Counted from the first letter of the stretch, positions 44,524 to 55,076 are shown. The stretch: DNA of 64,000 nucleotides from an uncultured archaeon (GCA_964549685.1 CAZJVE010000001.1:83806-147805); one strand, 5' to 3'. A program made the numbers and translations. Notes: generated by a model from the sequence alone, not told the origin.

Positions 44524-45564
44524 ATGATTCAGTTAACCACAAACATTCTTGGAGTCTTTGCTGTCAGAAAGGGCAAAGTGATTGAGAAGGTTTTGTTTCC
44601 GGACGAGCCAGCAAAGATAGCCGACAGACTGGAGAGGATTCAGGGCTCCTTCTGCGACGAGGAGAAAGGGCTTATAGAGAAGCTGAAGAAGACCGGGATT
44701 AAGGACATTAAGGTAAATAACCCCCGAAGGTTTGAGGGGTCCAATCTGGGAATGGGGTTCAGGCTGGATAAGGGGTTTATGAATCCGCTGGATATTGCCT
44801 CCGAGATTGGAATTTCGGAGGAGGACTTCACCCATCTGCTTGCAGAGGTCAATCTTGAGCTGACAAAGAAAAAGCTCAAGGAGGCCGAGCGGGATCAACT
44901 GATAATTCAGGCCGTCTCCTGTATGGATGATTTGGAGGAGGTAAGCAACAGGCTGGTTGAGCGCCTGAGGGAATGGAACTCCCTGAATTTCCCGGAGCTA
45001 AATGTGCTGGTCAAGACCCATGAGCTCTATGCCGAGGTTGTTTCCGGGAAGGAGTTGGATTCCACGCTGGCTGAAAGGATTGAGAACGTGAAGAAGGAGA
45101 GCTACGGCTTTGATTTCCAGAAGAAGGACCTGGAGATTACAAAGATATTCTCGGATTCAATCCTTGCCTTATATTCAACAAAAGAAGAGACTGAAAAATA
45201 CATAGATGGTATGATGGCTGAGATAGCCCCGAACCTGGCTGCTCTGGCGGGCCCCTTGCTCGGTGCAAGGCTGATTGCCCTTGCAGGAAGCCTCAAGAGG
45301 CTGTCCATGTTTCCTGCCAGCACCATACAGGTCCTTGGAGCAGAGGATGCATTCTTTAGATTCCTAAAAACCAAGAAAAATCCACCCAAGCACGGAGTTA
45401 TATTCCAGCTGCCCGAGATAAGGTCGGCCCAGAAGAAGAACAGGGGTAAAATCTCCAGAACATTCGCAGCGAAGCTTGCAATTGCTGCAAGGGCGGACTA
45501 CTTCAAAGGTGAGTTTATTGGCGATAAACTAAGGAAGGATTTTTTAGGGAAGATAAAGAATTGA
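44524..45564 (+). CDS. nop5: Nop5 (Nop56/58) C/D box RNP protein
   Basis: ERLREW, IAPNL, PASTIQVLGAE.AFFR, PPKHGVIFQ, RGKISR; start corrected to MIQLTT. Confidence 0.92.
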   Translation: MIQLTTNILGVFAVRKGKVIEKVLFPDEPAKIADRLERIQGSFCDEEKGLIEKLKKTGIKDIKVNNPRRFEGSNLGMGFRLDKGFMNPLDIASEIGISEEDFTHLLAEVNLELTKKKLKEAERDQLIIQAVSCMDDLEEVSNRLVERLREWNSLNFPELNVLVKTHELYAEVVSGKELDSTLAERIENVKKESYGFDFQKKDLEITKIFSDSILALYSTKEETEKYIDGMMAEIAPNLAALAGPLLGARLIALAGSLKRLSMFPASTIQVLGAEDAFFRFLKTKKNPPKHGVIFQLPEIRSAQKKNRGKISRTFAAKLAIAARADYFKGEFIGDKLRKDFLGKIKN

Positions 45565-45565
45565 A

Positions 45566-46702
45566 ATGAATTCATTAATAAAAAAAATTTTGATGCCCGG
45601 GATAATTCTCATATTTTTGATTTCTGCCTACTCACAAGAATATGAATGGGTCCCGGCGGGTGCATTCGGCGGCCAGGATTGTGACGGGGATTCTGCAGAG
45701 GATGGGAAATTCTGTGAACCAAGGAGTATAGATGTCGGCTTCAATGATACTATTTATGTTATCGACACTGAAAACGATAGGTTTCAGGTATTTGATTCTA
45801 ATTTCACGCATATGGAGACAGATGGCGAGCTGGATCCAGATGGAGTAGAGCTTGGAAAGTTCCAGGACCCTGAGGGAATAGCCGTCAGGTTTATTGACGT
45901 CAACATAAGCTACGTGTATATAACAGATACGAGGAACTACAGGGTTGAGATTAGGTATCAGAACTCTACATTCAACAACGAGACCAATGAAACCACAGTG
46001 AATAATTCCTGGGTCGACTTTGGTCGAAGATGCTATAGCGAATGTAACTATGACGATTACATCTACTTTGACAGACCGAAGGATATTGAGGTCGATGCTG
46101 ATGGGACGGTCTATGTTGCCGATACAGAGGAGGATAGAATCCATATAATAGAGGATGGTTTTGATGCCCCTTCCCTCATGTTTGACGGTTCGGACTCCGC
46201 GGATGGTGATGTGAGTGTGCCTGAGGGGATAGCCATAGACTCCAATGGGAATATCTATGTTGCTGATACCGGCAATAACAAGGTGAGGATTTTCGACCCA
46301 AGCGGCGCGCAGCTGAGGTCCTTTGGTAGCTTTGGTTCAGGTCAGAAGGAATTCAACGAACCCTCGGGGATAGAGGTCGACGATGAAGGACATATATTTG
46401 TTGCCGACCGTGGCAATCACAGGATTCAAATATTCGGCGTTTCAGGCAATTATATAACTGAATTTGGAAACGAGACGTGCTCCGCCTATATCTATGACGA
46501 AGAAGGAAACGTAAGCCTCCATATGGGGAGCTTCTGCTATCCGAACGATATCGACTTAAATAACGATAAGCTCTATGTAGCTGACTCTGAAAACCACAGG
46601 ATACAGGTCTTCCACGTACCGGCGCTTCCATCAGCGAATGTTACCGTGGATATAGGACTGAAGTATGGCTGGAACCTCATCTCCATTCCCTTCGAACCCT
46701 AA
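45566..46702 (+). CDS. Secreted NHL-repeat beta-propeller protein
   Basis: Signal peptide; repeated PEGIA.D..GNIYVADTGNNRV. Confidence 0.9.
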   Translation: MNSLIKKILMPGIILIFLISAYSQEYEWVPAGAFGGQDCDGDSAEDGKFCEPRSIDVGFNDTIYVIDTENDRFQVFDSNFTHMETDGELDPDGVELGKFQDPEGIAVRFIDVNISYVYITDTRNYRVEIRYQNSTFNNETNETTVNNSWVDFGRRCYSECNYDDYIYFDRPKDIEVDADGTVYVADTEEDRIHIIEDGFDAPSLMFDGSDSADGDVSVPEGIAIDSNGNIYVADTGNNKVRIFDPSGAQLRSFGSFGSGQKEFNEPSGIEVDDEGHIFVADRGNHRIQIFGVSGNYITEFGNETCSAYIYDEEGNVSLHMGSFCYPNDIDLNNDKLYVADSENHRIQVFHVPALPSANVTVDIGLKYGWNLISIPFEP

Positions 46703-46703
46703 G

Positions 46704-47606
46704 ATGGATGTCACATCTATCGGCGACATAAATCTCGATGCCATAACGTCAAAACTCAAAGAGCTGCCGGAAAAGGACTCGCAGAGGGTTGTATCGGACA
46801 TGTCCCTGAGCTCTGGGGGCTGTGCCGCAAACTTTGCGAAGGCGATAAGCGGGTTGGGGCTTGAGACAAGGTTTATTGGAAAGATTGGCGATGATATAAT
46901 TGGAGAATTTCTAAGGGATTCCATGGGTAATGTTGAGATTGTTCTTTCAAAAGGTAAGAAAACGGGAATTACCTTTGCGATGGTCTTTGAGGACAATACG
47001 AGGTCATTTGTAACATATCCCGGCTCGAACGTTGAATTCAAAATTGATGATATAGATTTCGATTTGATAGAGGGCAAATACCTGCATGTTGGCTCGTTCT
47101 TTCTCCAGGGGTTGAGGAAGGATACAAAGAGAATTTTTGAATATGCTCATGGAAAGGGTATGACAGCGTCCCTCGATACGGGGTGGGATCCGGCGGGCTG
47201 GGGCAGGAAGGACGTACAACTTGTGAGGGAAATTCTTAAAGGTGTGGATATATTCTTCCCGAATCTGAAGGAGGGAGAGGCGATAACCGGCGCGAAGGGC
47301 AAGGAGGACGTGTGCGACGAACTGCTTCCTCTCGGTCCTCAGATAATTGCCCTGAAGCTTGGCTCTGAGGGGAGTTATATAGCAACCAAGGATGAGAGAA
47401 TTTCCATTCCCCCAATCAAGGTTGATGTCCTCGACACCACCGGGGCAGGGGATGTCTTTGGCGCGGCATTCATCTACGGGCATTCAAAGGGCTGGGATTT
47501 AGAGAAGTGTGGGAGGTTTGCTAATGCCGCTGCAGCGCTCTCGACGAGAGGTTACGGAAGTAGCAGCTATCCAGCCTCATCAGAAGTCGATAGTATCTTG
47601 CAATGA
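46704..47606 (+). CDS. PfkB-family carbohydrate kinase
   Basis: GGCAAN, PNLKEG, DTTGAGDVFG. Confidence 0.93.
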   Translation: MDVTSIGDINLDAITSKLKELPEKDSQRVVSDMSLSSGGCAANFAKAISGLGLETRFIGKIGDDIIGEFLRDSMGNVEIVLSKGKKTGITFAMVFEDNTRSFVTYPGSNVEFKIDDIDFDLIEGKYLHVGSFFLQGLRKDTKRIFEYAHGKGMTASLDTGWDPAGWGRKDVQLVREILKGVDIFFPNLKEGEAITGAKGKEDVCDELLPLGPQIIALKLGSEGSYIATKDERISIPPIKVDVLDTTGAGDVFGAAFIYGHSKGWDLEKCGRFANAAAALSTRGYGSSSYPASSEVDSILQ

Positions 47607-48652
47607 CCCTCTCATTCAAACCTGTCTGGTCCGACTCCATGGGTGCAAAGTCTTCATGCACGCTCGTTGAGACTCCTGACGTTAGAATTCTTATAGACCC
47701 CGGCGTCTCAATCATGCAAAAAAGTTTCCCTGCCTCCATGAACAAAAAGATGGGGTGGCTGAAGCAGGGTGAGAAGGCGGTTCTGGATGCCAGTAAGGAA
47801 GCCGACATCGTCGTTATATCCCATTACCACTATGACCATTTTACAGACTTCGATGCGCGGCTCTATGAGGGAAAGAGGCTGTTTTTAAAGAACCCGAACG
47901 AATTCATAAATTATTCTCAACGAGGGAGGGCAGAGAATTTCCTGGGGAACGTGTGTGAGGAATTCGGGGGGGTTAAATTCAAATCCATTTTAGAAAAAAA
48001 TAAGAAAAAGAAATACCCCGACCCGATGGCGAAGATGCCGCTTGCGGCTGAACGGGATTTTGGAGACTATAACAAGAGAAGGGGAGAGTTGCTCGGTAAT
48101 GGCAGGGAGAGGTTCTCCAAGAGGGTAAAGTCATGGAACAAGAACATGAAGATTCCTGAAATAAAATTTGAAGATATTAAAATTGAGTTTCCTGAGGGAA
48201 AAAAGTTTAAGTTTGGAAAAACGAAACTGGAATTCTCGCAGCCCTTGTTTCATGGTATAGAATACACCAACCTCGGCTGGGTCTTTGCAACACTGGTTGA
48301 GTCCGGGGGGAAACGGCTGATGCACTCCTCGGACCTGTGCGGCGTCTATATCGAGGACTATGCTGAGATGGTTGTGAAGGAGAACCCCGACATCCTTATT
48401 CTTGATGGGCCCCCTACATATCTGCTGCCCTACATGATGAATTCTATAAATCTTAGTAGATGCATCAGGAATATCTGTAATATCATCAAGAACGTAGATT
48501 CTGAATTAATCCTTCTTGACCATCATCTTCCAAGGGATGCTAAGTACCGGGAAAGGTTGAAGGAGGTCTATGACCTCGCGGCAAGGGAGAATAAAACAGT
48601 CACGACCGCTGCGGAATGCCTTGGGCAGGAGGTTGCTGCTCTCTCCCCATGA
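47603..48652 (+). CDS. Metallo-beta-lactamase fold hydrolase (UPF0282-like)
   Basis: DSMGAKS, IDPG, SHYHYDH, DGPPTY, DHH. Confidence 0.88.
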   Translation: MTLSFKPVWSDSMGAKSSCTLVETPDVRILIDPGVSIMQKSFPASMNKKMGWLKQGEKAVLDASKEADIVVISHYHYDHFTDFDARLYEGKRLFLKNPNEFINYSQRGRAENFLGNVCEEFGGVKFKSILEKNKKKKYPDPMAKMPLAAERDFGDYNKRRGELLGNGRERFSKRVKSWNKNMKIPEIKFEDIKIEFPEGKKFKFGKTKLEFSQPLFHGIEYTNLGWVFATLVESGGKRLMHSSDLCGVYIEDYAEMVVKENPDILILDGPPTYLLPYMMNSINLSRCIRNICNIIKNVDSELILLDHHLPRDAKYRERLKEVYDLAARENKTVTTAAECLGQEVAALSP

Positions 48653-50438
48653 CGTCCTCGAAATAGGCCCTTGTCAGCTCTGCTACGGCCGGGGCATGGG
48701 ATATGTTTCCTACGGATTTGAGGTTCTCTCCTGAAAAGAACTCCGATATCGTTCCGATTCCTGCTTCCCTTGTATGATTCTCGAAGATGTTTTCCAGAAC
48801 CCCCTTGGCATGGAGCCTCCTGTCGGAGACCCTCATCAGGAGCTGGGTGTAGGGTCCAAGCAACCATGTAAATGCCGCCCCGTTGAACCGGTCATCGGGA
48901 TTGTAGTTCTCGCTCTTCGGGTCAAGGGTCCTGATACCGACCACCGTAACCAATTCCTCAAGTGAATTCAGAACCTTTTTCTGCAAAGTTTCATTAAGTG
49001 GAGAGAATTCCAATGTTAGTGTGATAATCTGGTTGGGCCTTATGGATTCGTCATCTATCGTATCCTTTAGATAGCTCCCATTCCAGAATTCCTCCAGGAA
49101 ATTCTCCTCGAATGCAAGGTAAATTCCCCGGAAGTCGGTCTCATCGTCATCCATGAGTTCCGATAGCTTTTCCATTATTTTCAGTGAATTGTACCATAGC
49201 CCCTGCACCTCAACGGCATTGTCCCTGTCCGGCATCCACGTCCCGCCCTTGTGCATGAGGAGACCGTCCTTCTCCATGTCGATGTATCCCTTTACCATGT
49301 CCTTCATGTCCCACCAGTAGGTATGCAGCAGTCCCTTGAGCCTTTCCATGCCTGCCGCTTTCCCGTATTTGTAGAGGCGGTCAATCAGCCAGAGGGTTGT
49401 GTCGATGCTGTCGTGAATCGGCTCTCCGTCGATGATGCTGCCTGGGACTCCGTTCCTTGAAGAGTTGTTGAGAATCCTCTCAAAGACCTGCTCGGCGTCG
49501 TCGAATCTCTGGTTGAATAGAGTTAATCCGGGCAGCGCTATCATCGCCTCCCTTACATTCTCCCCGGAAAACGGATAGGAGATGATGCTTTTCTTTGAGT
49601 CAATATCAACTATGAATGTTTCGGCTATTTTCAGGATGGCGAAAATCGAGGAGCCCATGTCCGATGAGAGGATTCTGCTCTTCTTCTCCCTCGGCTGTGA
49701 CAAATCCTTGAAAGCAGCAGCAGTTTTTTCCTCTGTTTCATAGGCAAGGGCCGAGATGGTGAAGTCCTGGGTTGAGTTTCCATCAACAGAGAATTCAAAG
49801 AATGCAGGAATATTATGGAAATTCCTTTCATCGTTATTGGAATAAATAAAAGAATTCCACCTCTCGCCTTCGTTCTCTTTGCAGATTGCCTTGTCGGAGT
49901 AGATTGTCAGGTAGCCGAGTTTGGAGTCAAGTCCCAGGATTTTGTCCGTGAAGAGTTTTGGCTGGAAGTGGTTTTCCGCCGTGCCCAAATCCTCAACGCC
50001 TCTTGAATTCGCAAGGACTTTAACCCTGATTTTGAGGGGGGCGGGGGTTTTGTTCTCAATAGTATAGAGAACGGCCACGCCGTTCTTGTCCTGCAGGGGG
50101 TTTATGGTCTTGGCAAGGGAGAATTCATCAAAATAATGGTAATATGAAACCGAATTATGATTGAAATCGAATTTACCAGGGCCGCTATATTGGGAATTCC
50201 CCAGACCTATAACCCTTTCCGGCAGATGAATCTCCTCCTCCAGGCCCTCGAGATATACCATTCTTTTCAGATTATCACAAGCAGATACAAGCAGTGCATG
50301 ATGGCTGTTTGCAGGCAAACCAAGAATGGTCGATGCAGAGTAGCCGCCGATTTTGTTGGGAATCAGCCACTCAAGCCCTCTGGACTTTTCCAAATCCATT
50401 GCGTTTGGATTGAATGTGGCGAAGGGAGTTTCACTCAT
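48600..50438 (-). CDS. Glycogen debranching enzyme-like (amylo-alpha-1,6-glucosidase, GDE_N plus GDE_C)
   Basis: EWLIPNKIGGYSAST, ALPGL, DTTLW, TWM, VEVQGLWYN, RPNQ, GTISE. Confidence 0.82.
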   Translation of the reverse strand: MSETPFATFNPNAMDLEKSRGLEWLIPNKIGGYSASTILGLPANSHHALLVSACDNLKRMVYLEGLEEEIHLPERVIGLGNSQYSGPGKFDFNHNSVSYYHYFDEFSLAKTINPLQDKNGVAVLYTIENKTPAPLKIRVKVLANSRGVEDLGTAENHFQPKLFTDKILGLDSKLGYLTIYSDKAICKENEGERWNSFIYSNNDERNFHNIPAFFEFSVDGNSTQDFTISALAYETEEKTAAAFKDLSQPREKKSRILSSDMGSSIFAILKIAETFIVDIDSKKSIISYPFSGENVREAMIALPGLTLFNQRFDDAEQVFERILNNSSRNGVPGSIIDGEPIHDSIDTTLWLIDRLYKYGKAAGMERLKGLLHTYWWDMKDMVKGYIDMEKDGLLMHKGGTWMPDRDNAVEVQGLWYNSLKIMEKLSELMDDDETDFRGIYLAFEENFLEEFWNGSYLKDTIDDESIRPNQIITLTLEFSPLNETLQKKVLNSLEELVTVVGIRTLDPKSENYNPDDRFNGAAFTWLLGPYTQLLMRVSDRRLHAKGVLENIFENHTREAGIGTISEFFSGENLKSVGNISHAPAVAELTRAYFEDVMGREQQPPAQGIPQRS

Positions 50439-50442
50439 CTTG

Positions 50443-50889
50443 CTATCTGAATACCTCGTTGTCTAGGATTAGGTGGCTGAAAAAGCCGATAAGAGCAAAC
50501 CCAACGTAGTGGAGGTCTATTAGATATAAGGGAAGCGAGAGTAAAATTCCAACGACGGGTGTATGAAAGAGCCCCCTGTGCCTTGAAAACCACAGCAGGT
50601 AGAGGAACAGAATTAAGAGCAGCGGGATGTAGATTAGCTCCATCCTCCTCAGGAATATGAACGCCATGAGACAGACAATGGATACGGCAAGAAAGAGCCT
50701 GCCAAGAATCTTTCGCATCTTCGAGGAGGGAGTATCCATGTCCGGCAAAATTGAATAGAGAATTCCGATTATATTTCCAAAGATGAGCATATGTAGGGAT
50801 ATATTAAAATTCAGAATTCTATTCATCAACAATAGGATAATCCCCATCATCATCAGATAGCCGAATATGTGGGTCTTGTAACTGGGCAT
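50443..50889 (-). CDS. Membrane metal-dependent hydrolase (YdjM-like)
   Basis: YKTH, LPDMD, HRGLFHT, SHLILD. Confidence 0.88.
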   Translation of the reverse strand: MPSYKTHIFGYLMMMGIILLLMNRILNFNISLHMLIFGNIIGILYSILPDMDTPSSKMRKILGRLFLAVSIVCLMAFIFLRRMELIYIPLLLILFLYLLWFSRHRGLFHTPVVGILLSLPLYLIDLHYVGFALIGFFSHLILDNEVFR

Positions 50890-50928
50890 TATAGATAATA
50901 TTTTACCCCTGAACATAAAATCTATCAT

Positions 50929-52863
50929 ATGGCACTTGTTGAATTCGTTACTCCCTTGGCTCTGGCAGGCCTCATTCTCCTGGTTCCAATCATAATCCTC
51001 TATCTCCTGAAGCCAAAGCCGAAACAGATAAAGCTGCCGACCCTGATGTTCGTAATTTCAAAGAAGAGAAGAAAGAGGTTTGCATCCTTCTTCAACAGGT
51101 TCATCCGGGACCCGTTGCTTCTTCTGCAGCTCCTGATAATACTGCTCCTTGTCCTTGCAGTAGCGAATCCCTTCATGATTTTGTTTGAGGAAAGGGGTGA
51201 AAAGGAGGCCGTAGTATTTGTCATTGATGCCTCGGCAAGCATGCAATCAACAGACGTAAGCCCAAACAGATTTGAAAAGGCTAAGGAGCTTGCGATGCAG
51301 GTTCTGGACTACCAGAATCCAGGAAGCCCAATAAGTCTTGTTCTGGCTGAAAACGTTCCGATACTCCTTCTGAGGGATGGAAGAAAGGATGATGTAGAGG
51401 GGATTCTATCCGTCATTGGCGCTGCAGACACCGGCTCCAACATAGGCGATTCGGTTCTCTTCGGAAAGGACCTTCTATCCGGTTCCAGTATGAATAAGAG
51501 AATCTATGTGTTTTCTGATTTCTCGAAGAGCCAGGAATCCGGGCTGGAATTCTCAAGGAAGATTGCGTCAATGGGCAACGTTGCCGTGGAATTCATAAGA
51601 GTCTCAGGCGAGGGGGAGAATTTCGGCGTAATAGACATGGACGCGAGGCGCTTTATCACAGAGCCTGAAAAATGCTCGATAACATTCACTGTAAAGAATT
51701 TCGGCCGGGCGGAGCAGGGGCCGTCCGTGGATGTCCTTGTTGATGGCGGGAGTGTGGAGACAATAACAAACTACATCAAAGGCGGGGAGCAGTTCCTGTA
51801 CCACCTCGAGCCGGACATTACGGAAGAGGAACACATAATAAAGGTCATGATAAATGGAAACGACGCCCTGGCCGTGGATAATGCGGCCTTTGCCTTCCTT
51901 CCCAGGGTAAGGAAATACAGGGTTTTGCTGGTTACAGAAGAGGGCTCAGGCAACTATCTGAGGTATGCCCTTGAAGCATCATCGAATGTTGAGCTTGAGG
52001 TTTCCATCCTTCCAGTCGTTCCAGAATTTCATGGTTTTGATACAGTAATATTCGGGGACCTGAATCCGGAACTTGTTCTCCCCGGAACGTTTAAGAAGCT
52101 TGATGAATATGTCAGGGGTGGGAAGAGCGTTGTATTCCTGGCCTCGACAGGCCTGGGGGGGATAGACAATGAAAATCTGGGGTCCCTTCTTCCAGTCATG
52201 CTTATCGGTCTCAGGGAGGGGGATGAAAAGATAGTAGTGGAGCAGAACCATGAAATCATATCCAGTGTAACGCTTCAGAATCTAATCACAAAGAGACATA
52301 TGCGGTGTGTGGCAAAAAACCAGAGCAGTGTAATAGCAACCATAGATGAGAGCCCCGCACTTGCCTATCATAGCTATGGGGATGGAAAGGTTGCCTTTGT
52401 TGGAATAAATCCTGATGAAGAATGGAGTAACTTCTACTACAGCTCTTCTCACCCCATATTCTGGTTCCAGTTATTGCAATGGATAAACAGGATGGAAAAC
52501 TCGCTGGTTATCAATAACTTCAAGACGGGAGAGTCGCTGCCTGTAAAAGGCAGAGTTGATGTTACAACCCCTTCAGGAAAGTCCCTCCATACAGGAAACA
52601 TAATACTGGACGAGGTTGGAATCTATGGTATAAGACTCGATGATTTGGACGATAAGATAACCGTTTCCCTTCTCGATGAGTCAGAATCTGCAATCTCCGA
52701 ATCCATTCCTGGCCTGGATACAATAAATGATGAAAATTTTGTAATCTCTGGGGAGAAGGTTCAGACAAGGAGGGAGTTCTGGTTCTATATCCTCGCTCTA
52801 GGGGTACTCTTCCTTTTTATTGAGATTCTGGTTTACAAAAGGAGGGGGCTTCTTGAGGAGTGA
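50929..52863 (+). CDS. BatA/vWA domain membrane protein
   Basis: PIIILYLLKPKPK, ANP, MIDAS DASASM, C-terminal TM. Confidence 0.88.
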   Translation: MALVEFVTPLALAGLILLVPIIILYLLKPKPKQIKLPTLMFVISKKRRKRFASFFNRFIRDPLLLLQLLIILLLVLAVANPFMILFEERGEKEAVVFVIDASASMQSTDVSPNRFEKAKELAMQVLDYQNPGSPISLVLAENVPILLLRDGRKDDVEGILSVIGAADTGSNIGDSVLFGKDLLSGSSMNKRIYVFSDFSKSQESGLEFSRKIASMGNVAVEFIRVSGEGENFGVIDMDARRFITEPEKCSITFTVKNFGRAEQGPSVDVLVDGGSVETITNYIKGGEQFLYHLEPDITEEEHIIKVMINGNDALAVDNAAFAFLPRVRKYRVLLVTEEGSGNYLRYALEASSNVELEVSILPVVPEFHGFDTVIFGDLNPELVLPGTFKKLDEYVRGGKSVVFLASTGLGGIDNENLGSLLPVMLIGLREGDEKIVVEQNHEIISSVTLQNLITKRHMRCVAKNQSSVIATIDESPALAYHSYGDGKVAFVGINPDEEWSNFYYSSSHPIFWFQLLQWINRMENSLVINNFKTGESLPVKGRVDVTTPSGKSLHTGNIILDEVGIYGIRLDDLDDKITVSLLDESESAISESIPGLDTINDENFVISGEKVQTRREFWFYILALGVLFLFIEILVYKRRGLLEE

Positions 52864-52902
52864 TATTTATAACTCTCTTACCCAATAAAAGACACCCAGA
52901 GA

Positions 52903-53823
52903 ATGAAAACCAAGTGGAAGGTCCTTATCCTGGTATCTTTGCTTATCTTTGTTACTCTCGGCATCATTGGAATTATAGCTCTTGTTGGAGAGTTCAACAA
53001 GAACGAGATGCCCTTTTTCGGGAACAAGATTGCCATAATTCCGGTAAAGGGATATATAACAACAGAGAGCTGCGGACCCAGTATGATTGGTGGGGCGCAG
53101 TGTGCTGAAGTGGCAGTAATAAAGAGTAGGATACAGGGTGCTGAAAGCGACCCCTCGATAAGGGCCATAGTCCTTGACATAAATTCCGGTGGCGGCAGTG
53201 TCGTTGCCACAGGCGAGATTGAGGAGGCGATTAGGAACAGTGACAAGCCGGTGGTTGCATGGATTGAAGAGGTCGGTGCATCTGGGGCGTACTACATTGC
53301 ATCAGCAGCTGATGTTATTGTAGCAGATAAAAATTCGATTACGGGAAGCATAGGCGTTATAATGACGGTCCCTCACTATTATGGGCTACTGGGAATGATT
53401 GGCGTTAACATGACAGTAATCAAGGCAGGGAACAGCAAGGATATAGGGAGCCCCTACAGGGAGATGACCAACGAGGAAGAAGGCGACCTTCAGGGGATGG
53501 TGGATAAGATCTACTACGATTTTGTCTCAGGGGTGGCAGAAAACAGGGGCCTTTCAGTGGAGTATGTAGAAAACATATCCGATGGTAGCATATATCTCGG
53601 CAGTGAGGCGCAGGAGCTCGGCCTGGTGGATGTCCTTGGAGGAAGGTCAGCCGCCATAGAGATTGCAGCAGAGCTCGGAGGGATTGAAGGGACTCCAGGC
53701 ATAGTCGAAACAAGGCCAAAGAAAAACCTGGTTGATTTGCTGTCAGAGATGTCAACACACGTGGGCTATGGAATAGGTAAGGGTATAATAAGCGAATACG
53801 GAGACCAAAGATGGGCAGAATAA
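52903..53823 (+). CDS. sppA: Signal peptide peptidase SppA (S49)
   Basis: INSGGGS, ASGAYYIA, TGSIGV, KDIGSPYR. Confidence 0.93.
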   Translation: MKTKWKVLILVSLLIFVTLGIIGIIALVGEFNKNEMPFFGNKIAIIPVKGYITTESCGPSMIGGAQCAEVAVIKSRIQGAESDPSIRAIVLDINSGGGSVVATGEIEEAIRNSDKPVVAWIEEVGASGAYYIASAADVIVADKNSITGSIGVIMTVPHYYGLLGMIGVNMTVIKAGNSKDIGSPYREMTNEEEGDLQGMVDKIYYDFVSGVAENRGLSVEYVENISDGSIYLGSEAQELGLVDVLGGRSAAIEIAAELGGIEGTPGIVETRPKKNLVDLLSEMSTHVGYGIGKGIISEYGDQRWAE

Positions 53824-54011
53824 AGCAGACGTATCTGAAGAGGATTGCCAACGAGCTCCTTGAGAAATACAGGGGGGAGTTCGGCAAGGACTTTCAGAAG
53901 AATAAGGAGAAGGTGCATGAGCTAAGCACTGTAGAGAGCAAGGCCATAAGGAACAAGATTGCAGGCTACATAACGAAGGTTATGAAGAGGGAAGCGGTAG
54001 AGGCAAGCTAG
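53811..54011 (+). CDS. rps17e: 30S ribosomal protein S17e
   Basis: MGRIKQ...DFQKNK...RNKIAGYIT. Confidence 0.96.
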   Translation: MGRIKQTYLKRIANELLEKYRGEFGKDFQKNKEKVHELSTVESKAIRNKIAGYITKVMKREAVEAS

Positions 54012-54799
54012 ATTTCATAGCACTTTTTCTTATAGCCGCATGCTTCGCATTTCTTTTCTGAGCCGTGGGAGCAGATTTCAGGGATTTTCCCCTGAAGGAT
54101 TTCTATTATCTCATCTCTTGTATTGATTACCTCCCTTCTCAGTTTCTCCGTTGTCATGACGGGCCTTCTCTCCTGGATTCTGGTATATTCGACAAAGCCG
54201 TGGGTTATTGGCTCCTTCAGCTTGAATTTGTCCTCAAGGAGCATTGCATAGGCACACGTCTGGAGGCGGTCGCCCTCCCATACTCCGTCTGACGGCTGGC
54301 CCGTCTTTATCTCTACCGGAACGTAGGTTTCATCGAGCATTATCTTGTCAACTCTCCCTGTAATTCCAATGCTGTCTGACTTTATGTAGTATTCTACCTT
54401 CCACGGAGTCACCATCTGCAGGGCCCGGTCGATTCCAAGCTCCTCGACAATAATTCCCAGCTTGGTGCTTATGGTTCCGATTTCTTTCAGCAGCTCCGAC
54501 CTTATGGCAGGGATGAAACTCTCATAGCGGGCATCCTTTAGCATTCCCTTGTAGATGGAGGGAAAGTCCTGCATTATCTGCTCCAGCTCCTGCAGCAGGA
54601 GAATTTCCAGCTCGTCAGGATGTTGAATCTTACCTAGTAACTTCGCCTGCCTCATGCTGAGTTCTTTTCTTACTGCATGTCCTAACAGTCCCTTGGTCTG
54701 CCCTTCTGTGGGTTTGGTCTTTATCTTCAATACCTTAGAAAGATAGATGTTCCTGGGGCAGAAGGTGTACTGGTTCAAGGTAGAGGCATTGACATTCAT
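54008..54799 (-). CDS. cas4: Solo Cas4-like nuclease (PD-(D/E)xK, 4Fe-4S)
   Basis: FCPR, GRVD, EIKTG, QxxAY, C-terminal C...CxxCxxxxxC. Confidence 0.88.
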   Translation of the reverse strand: MNVNASTLNQYTFCPRNIYLSKVLKIKTKPTEGQTKGLLGHAVRKELSMRQAKLLGKIQHPDELEILLLQELEQIMQDFPSIYKGMLKDARYESFIPAIRSELLKEIGTISTKLGIIVEELGIDRALQMVTPWKVEYYIKSDSIGITGRVDKIMLDETYVPVEIKTGQPSDGVWEGDRLQTCAYAMLLEDKFKLKEPITHGFVEYTRIQERRPVMTTEKLRREVINTRDEIIEILQGKIPEICSHGSEKKCEACGYKKKCYEI

Positions 54800-54846
54800 C
54801 TTACAAATACTGATATTCTTAGAAGTAGGTTAAGATAAACCTGTTT

Positions 54847-55005
54847 TTAGACCGATGCCTTGGCAGCCATCTTCTTGTTCTTTCTCCTTATCTTCCCTGT
54901 CTTCCCGCATTTCCTGCACTTTGTTGACCCAAGTGGGTTCTTTGCGTTGCATTCCATGCAGATTCCCTTGAAGATTCTGATCTCTGCCTCCTTGAATCGT
55001 GCCAT
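54847..55005 (-). CDS. rpl40e: 50S ribosomal protein L40e
   Basis: MARFKEAE...[10 protein letters not shown]...KCRKCG. Confidence 0.93.
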   Translation of the reverse strand: MARFKEAEIRIFKGICMECNAKNPLGSTKCRKCGKTGKIRRKNKKMAAKASV

Positions 55006-55076
55006 TTCAGGTATAATTACTATAAAGGCAAGGCATAAAAATGCGGAATTTAAGCCCTCCATCTTAATTTCTTAGG

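Noticed and set aside
50929-52863. BatA/vWA gene as part of a new system
   Set aside because: Common archaeal family; MoxR and DUF58 partners are probably elsewhere and nothing else here is unusual
54008-54799. CRISPR-Cas locus
   Set aside because: No array or other cas genes in the window
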